Assembly: GCA_964434195.1 (NCBI GenBank)
Contig: CAYSUI010000001.1
Location: 79,833-143,832, forward strand
Direction: 5' to 3'
From: an uncultured Candidatus Saccharibacteria bacterium
Lineage (GTDB): Bacteria > Patescibacteriota > Doudnabacteria > UBA920
Length of the DNA stretch: 64,000 bases
Part shown: positions 52,147 through 61,306 of the stretch, piece by piece
Layout of the letters: every line of letters begins with the position of its first letter
How positions within the stretch are numbered: position 1 is the stretch's first letter
Notes under the pieces: model-generated
Seen by the model: only the letters and a program-made list of their open reading frames with translations
Told to the model about the DNA's origin: nothing
Database searches by the model: none
Position numbers and translations under genes: made by a program

Positions 52147-52854
52147 TTATTTTAATTCGGCCAGAAGTGAAATTCTGGAATGGAAAATAGCTCGCTCGCT
52201 TTGTGTGTATCGACTACCTAGCGCAGCAAGACTCTTCTTTGCCTGCCTTGATGCACCATAGCTTTTTTCCAGTTCAGTTCTCAGAATCTCTGAGGAGAGA
52301 AGTGTCATTAAGCTTACATCGTTTGCACGCCTGCTTTGCTTTTCGCCTCTGACTTTTTTCGCCCACGAAGACTTAACGAGACTATCCAGGTGGTTTTTTG
52401 CTTCGATAACAACACTCAACTGTTTATAGACGAAGGCCTGGAGAAGTAGAACGGAGGCGTAGGAGCTGGTGTTTATCTTACTAAAACCTAATGCTTCCAT
52501 ACCTCGCTGTCTTGCTAAACCAGGCATTCTTTCGGTTACAAGTGAGACCATTGTTAGGTACGAACGCGTGACCCTGCGCCATCTGTCGTCTCCCTTGCCT
52601 TCTAGACGGGGTACTAGATTTGCAAGCTCAACTAAATCCGCGTGTTTTCCGTCGCTTAGTTTGTTATTGAGGAAAAACTCAATGAAGTAGATAGTGCCTA
52701 GGTCTATGAAGATACCTTCGGCAGCAAGAGGATTGTCGCGTAAAACTCGGTCTAGCGCTTCTCTTAAAACCACCCGTGCTTTTTCGAACTTACCTTTTTT
52801 AACCAGTGACAAGGCGCTAGTGCGCGCTTTTTTGCCGGTAAACTTTCTTGCCAT
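52147..52854 (-). CDS. Hypothetical alpha-helical (TPR-like) protein
   Basis: AAGGAGG SD; 235 aa. Confidence 0.6.
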   Translation of the reverse strand: MARKFTGKKARTSALSLVKKGKFEKARVVLREALDRVLRDNPLAAEGIFIDLGTIYFIEFFLNNKLSDGKHADLVELANLVPRLEGKGDDRWRRVTRSYLTMVSLVTERMPGLARQRGMEALGFSKINTSSYASVLLLQAFVYKQLSVVIEAKNHLDSLVKSSWAKKVRGEKQSRRANDVSLMTLLSSEILRTELEKSYGASRQAKKSLAALGSRYTQSERAIFHSRISLLAELK

Positions 52855-52936
52855 CGTAAAATCCTCCTTTTTTCGAACGGTAAGTTACTTTTTAACATAT
52901 TGGGTTGAATTTGGTCAAAAATGCTATAATCTTTTC

Positions 52937-53917
52937 ATGAATAATAAAGAGATTATAGTTTCGGGAATGAGGGCTACGGGTAAGTTACATATTGGTAACT
53001 ACTTAGGTGCACTTAGGCAATTCCTCGAAATTCAGGAAGACAAGAATAAAAATTGCTACTTTTTTATAGCAGACCTACATGCTCTCACTACCCCTTTTAA
53101 ACCTGAGGAACTTAGAAAAAACGAACTTGAAATAGTTTCCGAATATTTAGCAGCAGGAATAGACCCAAAAAAATCTACATTTTTCCTTCAGAGCCATGTA
53201 CAGGAACACACGGAACTCGCTTGGATATTTAACTGCATTACCCCACTCCCTGAACTCGAAAGGATGACTCAATTTAAAGACAAGTCAGCTACCCATAAAA
53301 CAAACATAAATGCTGGCTTACTTACCTACCCCACACTTATGGCAGCGGATATTTTACTTTATAAAGCAAACGGAGTACCTGTGGGAGAAGACCAGGTGCA
53401 ACATGTTGAATTATCGAGAATAGTAGCCAGAAAGTTTAATAATGCTTTTGGGAGTACATTCCCTGAACCCAAAACCTACGAGAGGAAACCACTAAGAATT
53501 CAGAGCTTAAAGAATCCTGAGAAAAAGATGAGCAAGACAGCCGATGATCCTCTGTATATTTCAGATGATGAAGAAGAAGTGAAAAGAAAAATTAAAAAAG
53601 CGGTAACTGGAAGCGATGGTCATGGTTCAAATGCTGGGGTAGACAATTTAATGTCCCTACTCGCCCACTTTGGTACAATTCAGGAAGTTGCTTATTTTAC
53701 TGATGGAATACGTGATAACACTATAAAATTTAGCGAACTAAAAGAAACAGTTTCAAAAAATATATCTGACTATTTTAATGATTTTAGAGAAAAGAAGAAT
53801 GACTTTTTATCTAAACCAGATGTCCTAGCAGAAATACTTGCGGAAGGAGCCAAGAAAGCTAGAAAAACAGCAAATGAAACCATGTTGGAAGTTAAAGAAA
53901 AAATAGGCTTACTGTAA
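52937..53917 (+). CDS. trpS: Tryptophanyl-tRNA synthetase
   Basis: SGMRATGKLHIGNY, ADLHALT, YPTLMAADIL, VGEDQ.QH, KMSK. Confidence 0.97.
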   Translation: MNNKEIIVSGMRATGKLHIGNYLGALRQFLEIQEDKNKNCYFFIADLHALTTPFKPEELRKNELEIVSEYLAAGIDPKKSTFFLQSHVQEHTELAWIFNCITPLPELERMTQFKDKSATHKTNINAGLLTYPTLMAADILLYKANGVPVGEDQVQHVELSRIVARKFNNAFGSTFPEPKTYERKPLRIQSLKNPEKKMSKTADDPLYISDDEEEVKRKIKKAVTGSDGHGSNAGVDNLMSLLAHFGTIQEVAYFTDGIRDNTIKFSELKETVSKNISDYFNDFREKKNDFLSKPDVLAEILAEGAKKARKTANETMLEVKEKIGLL

Positions 53918-53928
53918 GCCTATTTTTT

Positions 53929-55302
53929 TTATTTCACTAAGCCTAAAATCTTATTTTTGTATTCTTCCAAAGATTTCTCGCTTCCTGATTCCACTATTAT
54001 TCGCATAAGCGGTTCTGTGTTGCTGGCACGAACTATAAACCAAGCATCAGGATATTCTATATATACTCCGTCTACAGTATTTACTTTCCCATCTTTAAAT
54101 GTTTCTTTAATTTTTTCTATACGTTCTAAAATCTCTTCTCTGTTATTCATGTGAATATTTATCTCTCCGGTCTGGAAATATCGATTTCTAAAAGGCGCAA
54201 GAATTTCTGAGAATGGTTTGTTTTGCTTCGAGATATATTCGAGTATTTTAGCGGCAACTAACATAGAAGCCTCAAAAGTACCATAAGGGAATTTGTAGAA
54301 AAAATGCCCACTGGACTCGCCTCCAAAGATAGCCCCTTCCCGTAACATTTGAGCTTTAATTAGTGAATGACCAACAGGAGTAATTGAAGGATTTCCACCT
54401 GCTTCTAGTATCATATCTTCAGTAATTTTACCGGGACGAATGTCGTAACATATCGTTGCGCCTGGGTTGGATTCGAGTTCAATTTGCGCCAATAATCCTC
54501 TAATAATAGGTTGCTCTACTGACTGCCCTTTCTCATCAATAAAAAATATACGATCGCCATCACCGTCGAGAGAAATACCAAGATCGGCATTCTCAGCTAT
54601 AACCACCTTTTTTAGTTCTATTTTATTTTCTTCTTTCAACGGATCTGCTTCATGGGCTGGGAATGTTCCATCTAACTCGAAGTTCATTTTAGTAACTATG
54701 CAATTGAGTTTACTGAAGAGAGCCTCTGCATCAAGTGCACCCATTGCATTTGCTGCGTCTACAACAACTTTAAGACGCTTTATGTTGGATGTTTCTACAT
54801 GAGTAAGATGATCTTCTATACTTTCTTCTGTAACACCCATTCTGTTGTGAACGATACCTTCAACTTCAGCAAGTGGTGTATAACTATCTGACAAAATAAT
54901 ATCTCTTATTTCAAATAGTCCTGTGTCTCCACCAACCGGCACCCCTCCACTTCTTACGACCTTGACTCCGTTGTACTCCTTGGGATTATGAGATGCAGAT
55001 ACCTGCAGTCCTCCATGATAACCACCCGAGGCTGTAGCGTAATAAAATACTGGGGTTGAGACGAGCCCTAAGTTGTCTACATCTAATCCACTTTCAGTAA
55101 GTGCTTTTATTAAACTTTCTTGAAGCTCGGGACTAGAAAGTCTCATGTCGCGACCAACACATATTTTTTTAGCTTCAGGGTCTACTTTTGTTAACCAGGT
55201 AGCGTAAGCCCTCCCAATCTTATAGATAACTTCGGAATTAATTGCTGAAGGATATATTCCTCTTATATCGTATGCCTTAAACAGAGTAGGTTCTAAATTC
55301 AT
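53929..55302 (-). CDS. Phosphomannomutase/phosphoglucomutase
   Basis: FKAYDIRG, SASHNP, DGDGDR, GESSGH, RASNTEP. Confidence 0.95.
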   Translation of the reverse strand: MNLEPTLFKAYDIRGIYPSAINSEVIYKIGRAYATWLTKVDPEAKKICVGRDMRLSSPELQESLIKALTESGLDVDNLGLVSTPVFYYATASGGYHGGLQVSASHNPKEYNGVKVVRSGGVPVGGDTGLFEIRDIILSDSYTPLAEVEGIVHNRMGVTEESIEDHLTHVETSNIKRLKVVVDAANAMGALDAEALFSKLNCIVTKMNFELDGTFPAHEADPLKEENKIELKKVVIAENADLGISLDGDGDRIFFIDEKGQSVEQPIIRGLLAQIELESNPGATICYDIRPGKITEDMILEAGGNPSITPVGHSLIKAQMLREGAIFGGESSGHFFYKFPYGTFEASMLVAAKILEYISKQNKPFSEILAPFRNRYFQTGEINIHMNNREEILERIEKIKETFKDGKVNTVDGVYIEYPDAWFIVRASNTEPLMRIIVESGSEKSLEEYKNKILGLVK

Positions 55303-55381
55303 TCTAATTTCAGTTAATTGCTCCTTATGTTAGCATCTTATCAATAAATGGGTATAAAAAAAAATGGCGTATTGCCATGGA

Positions 55382-55726
55382 TTAGTTACCTTCAGCAAAT
55401 AGCCGACCGAGCTTGTCTTGAGTTGTGTAAAGAACCGAGCTTTCGCCTCCATTTTTGGCCCGCCGATGGAAGGCCCAAACTTCTGATGCGCCAACTGCGA
55501 TTATTTCACCGCCGATGACCCATTCGCATTTCTTTTGCAAAGCTTGAAGTACGTTGCCGAATTCGAATTGCCCAGTAACACCAAGGAGTGCCGTCTTCAT
55601 CTCTTCCGGGAGTTTAGGGTCTTTGTTGACCACAACGTAATCGCCCCCGTGTTTGGGGGCGCTGCGGAAAAAAATCGCTTCGAACTCAGGAATCTGTGCA
55701 ATTGGCAACGTCAACTTAGTAGACAT
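55382..55726 (-). CDS. Hypothetical protein
   Basis: GGAGG SD before ATG 55726. Confidence 0.6.
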   Translation of the reverse strand: MSTKLTLPIAQIPEFEAIFFRSAPKHGGDYVVVNKDPKLPEEMKTALLGVTGQFEFGNVLQALQKKCEWVIGGEIIAVGASEVWAFHRRAKNGGESSVLYTTQDKLGRLFAEGN

Positions 55727-55911
55727 TTGTCTTTTTTCCTCCAAAAGCTTTTAACACCTAGGGCCAAACTTCGACCCCAAAACTCTAACGTTCTCGCAAT
55801 ATACCATAAACTTTAATTACTAGGCAAGTAAAATATTATTGACACATCTTATAAAAATATTTATAATGCGAACTTAACATTCGCGTATAAACAATTTTGG
55901 AGGAGATGAAA

Positions 55912-56373
55912 ATGAAACAGTTTATTGTGAAAACGATCATGAAATCGATAATGGTGCTTGTTCAAATATTACCGTATTGTGGTTGGGTGTTCCTCATCTG
56001 CATGGCAATCTTTGGATATCTGGGGTTCATTTCGGACACACCGCATCGGTGGGCAGAACTTACTTTTTACAGCGGTGTGTGTGTTTACATTGCCAGCGCA
56101 TTGTTTACTTCTGCTGTCATGCTAACCATGACATACAAACATTGTTGTTTTGGGTTGAACACTTTTAAAAACCATTTTACCCATATGAAGAACACCGGAG
56201 AGGTTATCTCGGCTTCTATTTTCTGGCCTTTTTCCTGGCCACGAATTAGCAAAAATCTTAGCGGCTGGGGAATTTACTGGATTGATGAAGTTATATCCTG
56301 TGTTCTCTACTGGGTGGGTGACAGAAGAGTAGTAATACAAACCGAAACATTCAGCATAGACAATGAAAATTAG
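55912..56373 (+). CDS. Hypothetical membrane protein
   Basis: TTGACA..TATAAT promoter; GGAGGAG SD; TM segments. Confidence 0.6.
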   Translation: MKQFIVKTIMKSIMVLVQILPYCGWVFLICMAIFGYLGFISDTPHRWAELTFYSGVCVYIASALFTSAVMLTMTYKHCCFGLNTFKNHFTHMKNTGEVISASIFWPFSWPRISKNLSGWGIYWIDEVISCVLYWVGDRRVVIQTETFSIDNEN

Positions 56374-56442
56374 CGACACTTTAAAATAGTGTCTTTTTAT
56401 TTTATCTATGCTAATATTGACGAGATTTTATAAAAGAAACTT

Positions 56443-57513
56443 ATGTCATTTCAAATAGGAATTGTAGGCTTACCGAATGTTGGGAAGTCTACGTTGTTTA
56501 ATGCAATAACTAAATCTAAGGTAGAAGCGGCCAACTACCCTTTTGCTACTATTGACCCTAATGTAGGTGTAGTAGCAGTTCCAGACGAGCGCCTGGCTAA
56601 ACTAGCAGAACTTGAGAAAAGCGAAAAAATAGTACCGACGAGTATTGAGTTTGTAGATATTGCAGGGCTGGTTAGTGGTGCACACAAAGGTGAAGGGCTG
56701 GGTAACCAATTCTTATCACATATACGTGAAGTAGATGCGATTATGGAAGTGGTTAGGGTTTTTGAGAATAAAGATATTATTCATGTAAACGGCTCTGTAG
56801 ACCCAAGCAGAGATATGGAAACTATAGGGATAGAACTACAATTGGCAGATCTACAAAATGTAGAAAAAAGATTGGAAACAGTCAGCAGAAACGCTCGGAG
56901 TGGCGACAGAGAAATGGTGGTAAAGAAAGATGTTTTGGAAAAATATAAAGCAGCTCTGGAAGCTGGCAAAATGGCTAACACCGTAGAGCTTACAGAAGAA
57001 GAAAAAAAGTTTTCCAAAGATGTCCAGCTTTTAACAACAAAACCTTTTTTGTTTGTTGCGAATAGCGAGTACGATTTGGACTCACATAAATTTTTGGGTA
57101 CCTCCCCTACTCCGGATGCTATTCTGATAGACGCTAAAATAGAGTCCGAGCTTGCGGAGCTTGAAGATAGCGAGCGAGATGAATATCTAAAAGAATTAGG
57201 AATCACCGAAAGTGGTTTGGATAAGATCATTCGTACAGCTTACAAAACTCTTGGGCTTATTACTTTTATTACTGCGGGTCCAAAAGAAAGCAAGGCCTGG
57301 ACATGCAAGAGTGGGTCTAAAGCACCGCAAGCTGCTGGGGTGATTCATACGGATTTTGAAAAAGGATTCATACGCGCAGAAGTTATACAGTGGGATAAAC
57401 TTTTGGAAGCGAATGGGTATAGCGGTGCGAGAGATAAGGGCTGGCTTAGAGTGGAAGGTAAGGAATATGTTGTACAAGACGGCGACGTGGTTCACTTTAG
57501 GTTCAGCAATTAA
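56443..57513 (+). CDS. ychF: Redox-regulated ATPase YchF
   Basis: GIVGLPNVGKSTLFNA, NYPFATIDPN, DIAGLV, HTDFEKGFIRAE. Confidence 0.98.
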   Translation: MSFQIGIVGLPNVGKSTLFNAITKSKVEAANYPFATIDPNVGVVAVPDERLAKLAELEKSEKIVPTSIEFVDIAGLVSGAHKGEGLGNQFLSHIREVDAIMEVVRVFENKDIIHVNGSVDPSRDMETIGIELQLADLQNVEKRLETVSRNARSGDREMVVKKDVLEKYKAALEAGKMANTVELTEEEKKFSKDVQLLTTKPFLFVANSEYDLDSHKFLGTSPTPDAILIDAKIESELAELEDSERDEYLKELGITESGLDKIIRTAYKTLGLITFITAGPKESKAWTCKSGSKAPQAAGVIHTDFEKGFIRAEVIQWDKLLEANGYSGARDKGWLRVEGKEYVVQDGDVVHFRFSN

Positions 57514-57543
57514 AAATAGCGAAGCTCGTCCATGAGCTTCGCT

Positions 57544-57963
57544 TTATAATTTAGTATGACCTGGGAAAGCCTTTGCAAGCAACGGGGTAATATCCGCTAT
57601 CATTTGACTAAGGCCCAACTCCGGATACTCAAACTCTTTGTCCCTATCCGTACCGTAACCAGGTAAAACCACGAGCAACTTAACTGGCTGACTGAGATAG
57701 TTGCTTGTTTTCCATACCTTTACGGTAAGAATTAGAGAAGCATTTGGTTGGTGTCCTCTGCGGAAGCAGAGGTCGACACCGTTGCTATGCCTTTCAATGT
57801 TTAAATCGGTACCCATGAAAAGCATTCTGAAATGCGATTCGATCATGAGCTTTATTTCTTCTGTGTCCATGATGCGGCGATTTACTGCCGAAAAGATATC
57901 ACCCCGCTTCACCGAGTTGAACATCAAGATGACCACGATTACCCACACAGCAAATGTTAACAT
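57544..57963 (-). CDS. Hypothetical protein
   Basis: GGAGG SD; N-terminal TM. Confidence 0.6.
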   Translation of the reverse strand: MLTFAVWVIVVILMFNSVKRGDIFSAVNRRIMDTEEIKLMIESHFRMLFMGTDLNIERHSNGVDLCFRRGHQPNASLILTVKVWKTSNYLSQPVKLLVVLPGYGTDRDKEFEYPELGLSQMIADITPLLAKAFPGHTKL

Positions 57964-58129
57964 ACTAGCCTCCGGATTGAATGTTTAGGAAAGTTTAAAA
58001 TTTATTATGCATAAAATTTAGCTATAGGTCAAGGGAGTGACAAAACTCATTGCAAATGCTAGAATTAAGCACAAATTAATCATATTCGCCCATTTTTATG
58101 ATGGGTGATGTAGAAAGGGAAACTTTCTC

Positions 58130-58651
58130 ATGCCACGGTATGAACTGTGCTATATCCTGTCATCACAGGTTAGTGATGATTTAGTGCCGGAAACTACTGC
58201 TCAAATTAAGAAGTTCATAGAGGACTTCGGCGGAAGTGAAATAGAAGAACAACAATTAGGTAAGAAAAAACTTGCCTACCCTATTAAGAAAACCAGGAAT
58301 GGTTTTTATGTAGTAGAAAGGTTTAATATAGAGAGCTCAAAGATAAACGAATTGGATGCCAAAATTCGCTCTCAAACCGCAACAGTAATTCGTTACTTAA
58401 TAATAAACTTAGATGAACACCTAGAAAGACTTGAGAAGGACAAAATTGCTCAAGCTAAACTACCTAAACGTGAAATTCCTGAAGATGCGGAAGAAAAGGT
58501 AGAGGCAGTTGTAGAAGAAAAAGTTGAAGAAATAAAGCCTGCACTAGAAGAAGAGATGGGTGAAGTAAAAGAATCTCCTAAGGCTAAAATAGAAATATCT
58601 TCTTCTGACTTAGATAAAAAAATAGAAGAAGCGTTAAATCAACAGATTTAA
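58130..58651 (+). CDS. rpsF: 30S ribosomal protein S6 with an acidic C-terminal extension
   Basis: YELCYIL, G.KKLAYPIKK..G.Y, VIRYL. Confidence 0.93.
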   Translation: MPRYELCYILSSQVSDDLVPETTAQIKKFIEDFGGSEIEEQQLGKKKLAYPIKKTRNGFYVVERFNIESSKINELDAKIRSQTATVIRYLIINLDEHLERLEKDKIAQAKLPKREIPEDAEEKVEAVVEEKVEEIKPALEEEMGEVKESPKAKIEISSSDLDKKIEEALNQQI

Positions 58652-58752
58652 CTAGTAAAAAGTTCATCGAGTTCTTAAAGTTAAAAAGTTATTGAAGGGT
58701 AAGACTTTACGAACTTTATTAACTTTACAAACTTTATTAACAAAAAAAGCAT

Positions 58753-59241
58753 ATGGACTTAAATAAGGTTATGATTATTGGGAGACTTACCCGGGATCCC
58801 GAACTTAAGACTACTCCTAATGGAGCGAGTGTATGTACCTTGAGTCTTGCAACCAATTACGTTTATACAAACCCACAAACTAATCAAAAAGTTGAACAGG
58901 TTGAGTACCACAACGTAGTTCTCTGGAGAAAGATAGCAGAGATAGCTAACCAATACCTAAAAAAAGGCCGAAGAGTTTACATAGAAGGTAGACTCCAAAC
59001 TAGAACTTGGGATGGACCAGACGGCAAAAAAAATTATCGCACAGAAATTGTTGGCGATAACATGATAATGCTAGATGGTGGTGCTGGCGGCACTTCTATG
59101 GAAGGTGGTAGTCCAGGTGGACAGTCCTCCCCTACTCCTATGAGGAGTTCTCCTAGTTCACCTAAAAAGGAAATGGTAGAAGAAGAACTTCCAACCATTA
59201 ACCAAGACGAAGACATAAATGTCGATGATATTCCCTTTTAG
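58753..59241 (+). CDS. ssb: Single-stranded DNA-binding protein
   Basis: NKVMIIGRLTRDPE, KG..VYIEGRLQTR, DDIPF. Confidence 0.98.
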   Translation: MDLNKVMIIGRLTRDPELKTTPNGASVCTLSLATNYVYTNPQTNQKVEQVEYHNVVLWRKIAEIANQYLKKGRRVYIEGRLQTRTWDGPDGKKNYRTEIVGDNMIMLDGGAGGTSMEGGSPGGQSSPTPMRSSPSSPKKEMVEEELPTINQDEDINVDDIPF

Positions 59242-59343
59242 AATGACATGATTGAGCATGATTAATTAAGATTGACATGAATAATTAATCTTTTAAATCT
59301 TATTTAATCATTTAAATCTTGTTCAATTAATTTAAACTAATTT

Positions 59344-59577
59344 ATGAAACCTAATAATAACAATCAGCCGGTGGTTAAGAAGAATTGTTACTTTTGCAGT
59401 AACAAGATTACTACCGTCGACTATAAAGACACTCAATTACTAAGAAGATTTATGTCTCCTCATGCTAAAATTTTAGCTAATGGCAGAACTGGAAGTTGCC
59501 CTAAGCACCAACGCATGATAACTCTTGCCCTTAAGAGGGCACGTCATATGGCATTTTTGCCATTTGTAGCCGCCTAG
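59344..59577 (+). CDS. rpsR: 30S ribosomal protein S18 (Zn-binding type)
   Basis: CYFC, VDYKD..LL, TG.C.KHQR, KRAR. Confidence 0.96.
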   Translation: MKPNNNNQPVVKKNCYFCSNKITTVDYKDTQLLRRFMSPHAKILANGRTGSCPKHQRMITLALKRARHMAFLPFVAA

Positions 59578-59677
59578 CGGCAATGAGAAGGAAAACATGG
59601 TTTTCCTTCTCATGACTCATCCTTTCCGCTGATATTTCCGAGACACAGCAAAGCTGGATCTCGGAAATTCTATAAAT
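59575..59677. repeat. Composite two-hairpin element, copy 2
   Basis: ATGAG..CTCAT-GACTC..CTTTCC..CAGC-AAA-GCTG hairpin..CTATAAAT. Confidence 0.6.
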
Positions 59678-59693
59678 AGATAAAAAATAGAAC

Positions 59694-60254
59694 ATGGATA
59701 TTTCAGATATAAAATTGGGTTCGATTTTGCTTTTTCAGAATGAACCTATGCAAGTTATATGGCACAACCGAATGCGCACTGCGCAGAGAAAACCGGTTAT
59801 GCAAACCAAGCTGCGAAATGTAATAAGCGGTAAGGTTATAGAATACTCTTTTAAGTTCGGTGAAAAGGTTACGGAAGCAGATGTTTCAAGAGAACGTGCC
59901 AACTTCTTGTATGCTGATGCTGAAGGAACCCACTTCATGAATAATGAGACTTTCGAGACTGTAGATTTCCCTAAGGAAGCCACAGAGGAGCAGGAACTAT
60001 TCCTTAAAGAAGGCACAGAGGTACAGATACTCCGCTTCAACGGCAAACCTGTATCTATAGAACTTCCTATAAAAGTTGAACTTAAGGTAATAGAATCCCC
60101 TCCTAATGTTACTGGTAACTCAGGTGGCAATGTTACTAAGCCAGTGAAGCTAGAAACTGGACTAATGGTAAACGCCCCAATGTTCATAAAAGAAGGCGAA
60201 ACAATTCGAGTGGACACCAGAGATGGTGAATACGTAGAAAGAGTTAATAACTAA
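59694..60254 (+). CDS. efp: Elongation factor P
   Basis: TKLRN..G, FLY.D, FM..ETFE, KP..LETG, P.FI..GE.I.VDTR.G.Y..R. Confidence 0.95.
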   Translation: MDISDIKLGSILLFQNEPMQVIWHNRMRTAQRKPVMQTKLRNVISGKVIEYSFKFGEKVTEADVSRERANFLYADAEGTHFMNNETFETVDFPKEATEEQELFLKEGTEVQILRFNGKPVSIELPIKVELKVIESPPNVTGNSGGNVTKPVKLETGLMVNAPMFIKEGETIRVDTRDGEYVERVNN

Positions 60255-60282
60255 AAAAGAGCCCTTGCAAGGGCTCTTTTTT
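60253..60282 (+). terminator. Intrinsic terminator
   Basis: AAAAAAGAGCCCTTGCAAGGGCTCTTTTTT. Confidence 0.85.
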
Positions 60283-60445
60283 AATGTTTAAATTAGAAAC
60301 CTGCTGCGAGAAGACCTTAGACCTGAACCTGTAAAACTGATGGAGAACCATAAGGTGTTTGCAATCAGCTTTTACAGATTTATACTCGAAACCCTATTAG
60401 TCAGCAGGTCTTAGATCCGGAATTTCCCGGCAAAGGAGGATTTGT

Positions 60446-61270
60446 ATGGGACCAGGAAAAATGGAGTATTATTGGAAGATCGATAAACTCCGGATAACAA
60501 AGCATTTCTTAACATTGCTTATAGCACCTATACTGGTATATGGATTTCTTGTTTTCAAGCAAGGGACGCTAACACCGTTCATGCTACTCTACAACCTATT
60601 TTTTGCTCTTGTGATAGGTTTTGTGGTTTATGCCATCTACTCGAGAGTAATGATAGCTCTCAAAGAAAGTGTGTATACCAAGAGGCAGAATACCCTGCTT
60701 AAAAACCAAGGCACCTACAATGCTTTTGAAGCTAATGCCGCACTCCACAAACTCGTGGAAGACGGCGATCGGTCTGCAGAAAATCTAGAGAAGATTGAAC
60801 AATTACTTCCGAGAGCGGAATACGGCAGTACGCTATTTATACTTCGATCCAAGAAAAAGAGCCATAACTCTGGACAGGTAGAAGGACTAACTAATACCGG
60901 GGAGACCGTTAGTACCGAAACGACTGATTCTTCTGAAACGGAGACTGTTCAACCCACTAAGGGGAAAATAGGCAACTATCACCTACTTGGTTGTCGGGAT
61001 TGGGTAATCATCCGAAATACCATGGATGTTTATGAACCTAAATATCTCGGAACCGAAGATGAGGAAGATAGATTCCCTTTCCTCGTTGGTATTCACTGGG
61101 ATATGTCTACCGGTAAAATACTGGAAGTATGCTCTGTGGTCTGGGATCCTGGATCCGAAGTTTATGTAATACCCTTGGGTACGGCGATAGGTAGACTTGT
61201 GGTAGTAAAAGAAGATGAAAGCGAAATAAGATTACCTATTTTGTTTGCTGTTAAATCTGACACAATTTAA
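60446..61270 (+). CDS. Hypothetical membrane protein
   Basis: AAGGAGG SD; two N-terminal TMs. Confidence 0.7.
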   Translation: MGPGKMEYYWKIDKLRITKHFLTLLIAPILVYGFLVFKQGTLTPFMLLYNLFFALVIGFVVYAIYSRVMIALKESVYTKRQNTLLKNQGTYNAFEANAALHKLVEDGDRSAENLEKIEQLLPRAEYGSTLFILRSKKKSHNSGQVEGLTNTGETVSTETTDSSETETVQPTKGKIGNYHLLGCRDWVIIRNTMDVYEPKYLGTEDEEDRFPFLVGIHWDMSTGKILEVCSVVWDPGSEVYVIPLGTAIGRLVVVKEDESEIRLPILFAVKSDTI

Positions 61271-61306
61271 AACCCCGACTTATTTAAGTCGGGGATTTTT
61301 ATTATT

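Noticed and set aside
52694-52936. N-terminal extension of TrpS
   Set aside because: Antisense to 52147..52854; TATAAT just before ATG 52937 supports the shorter start.
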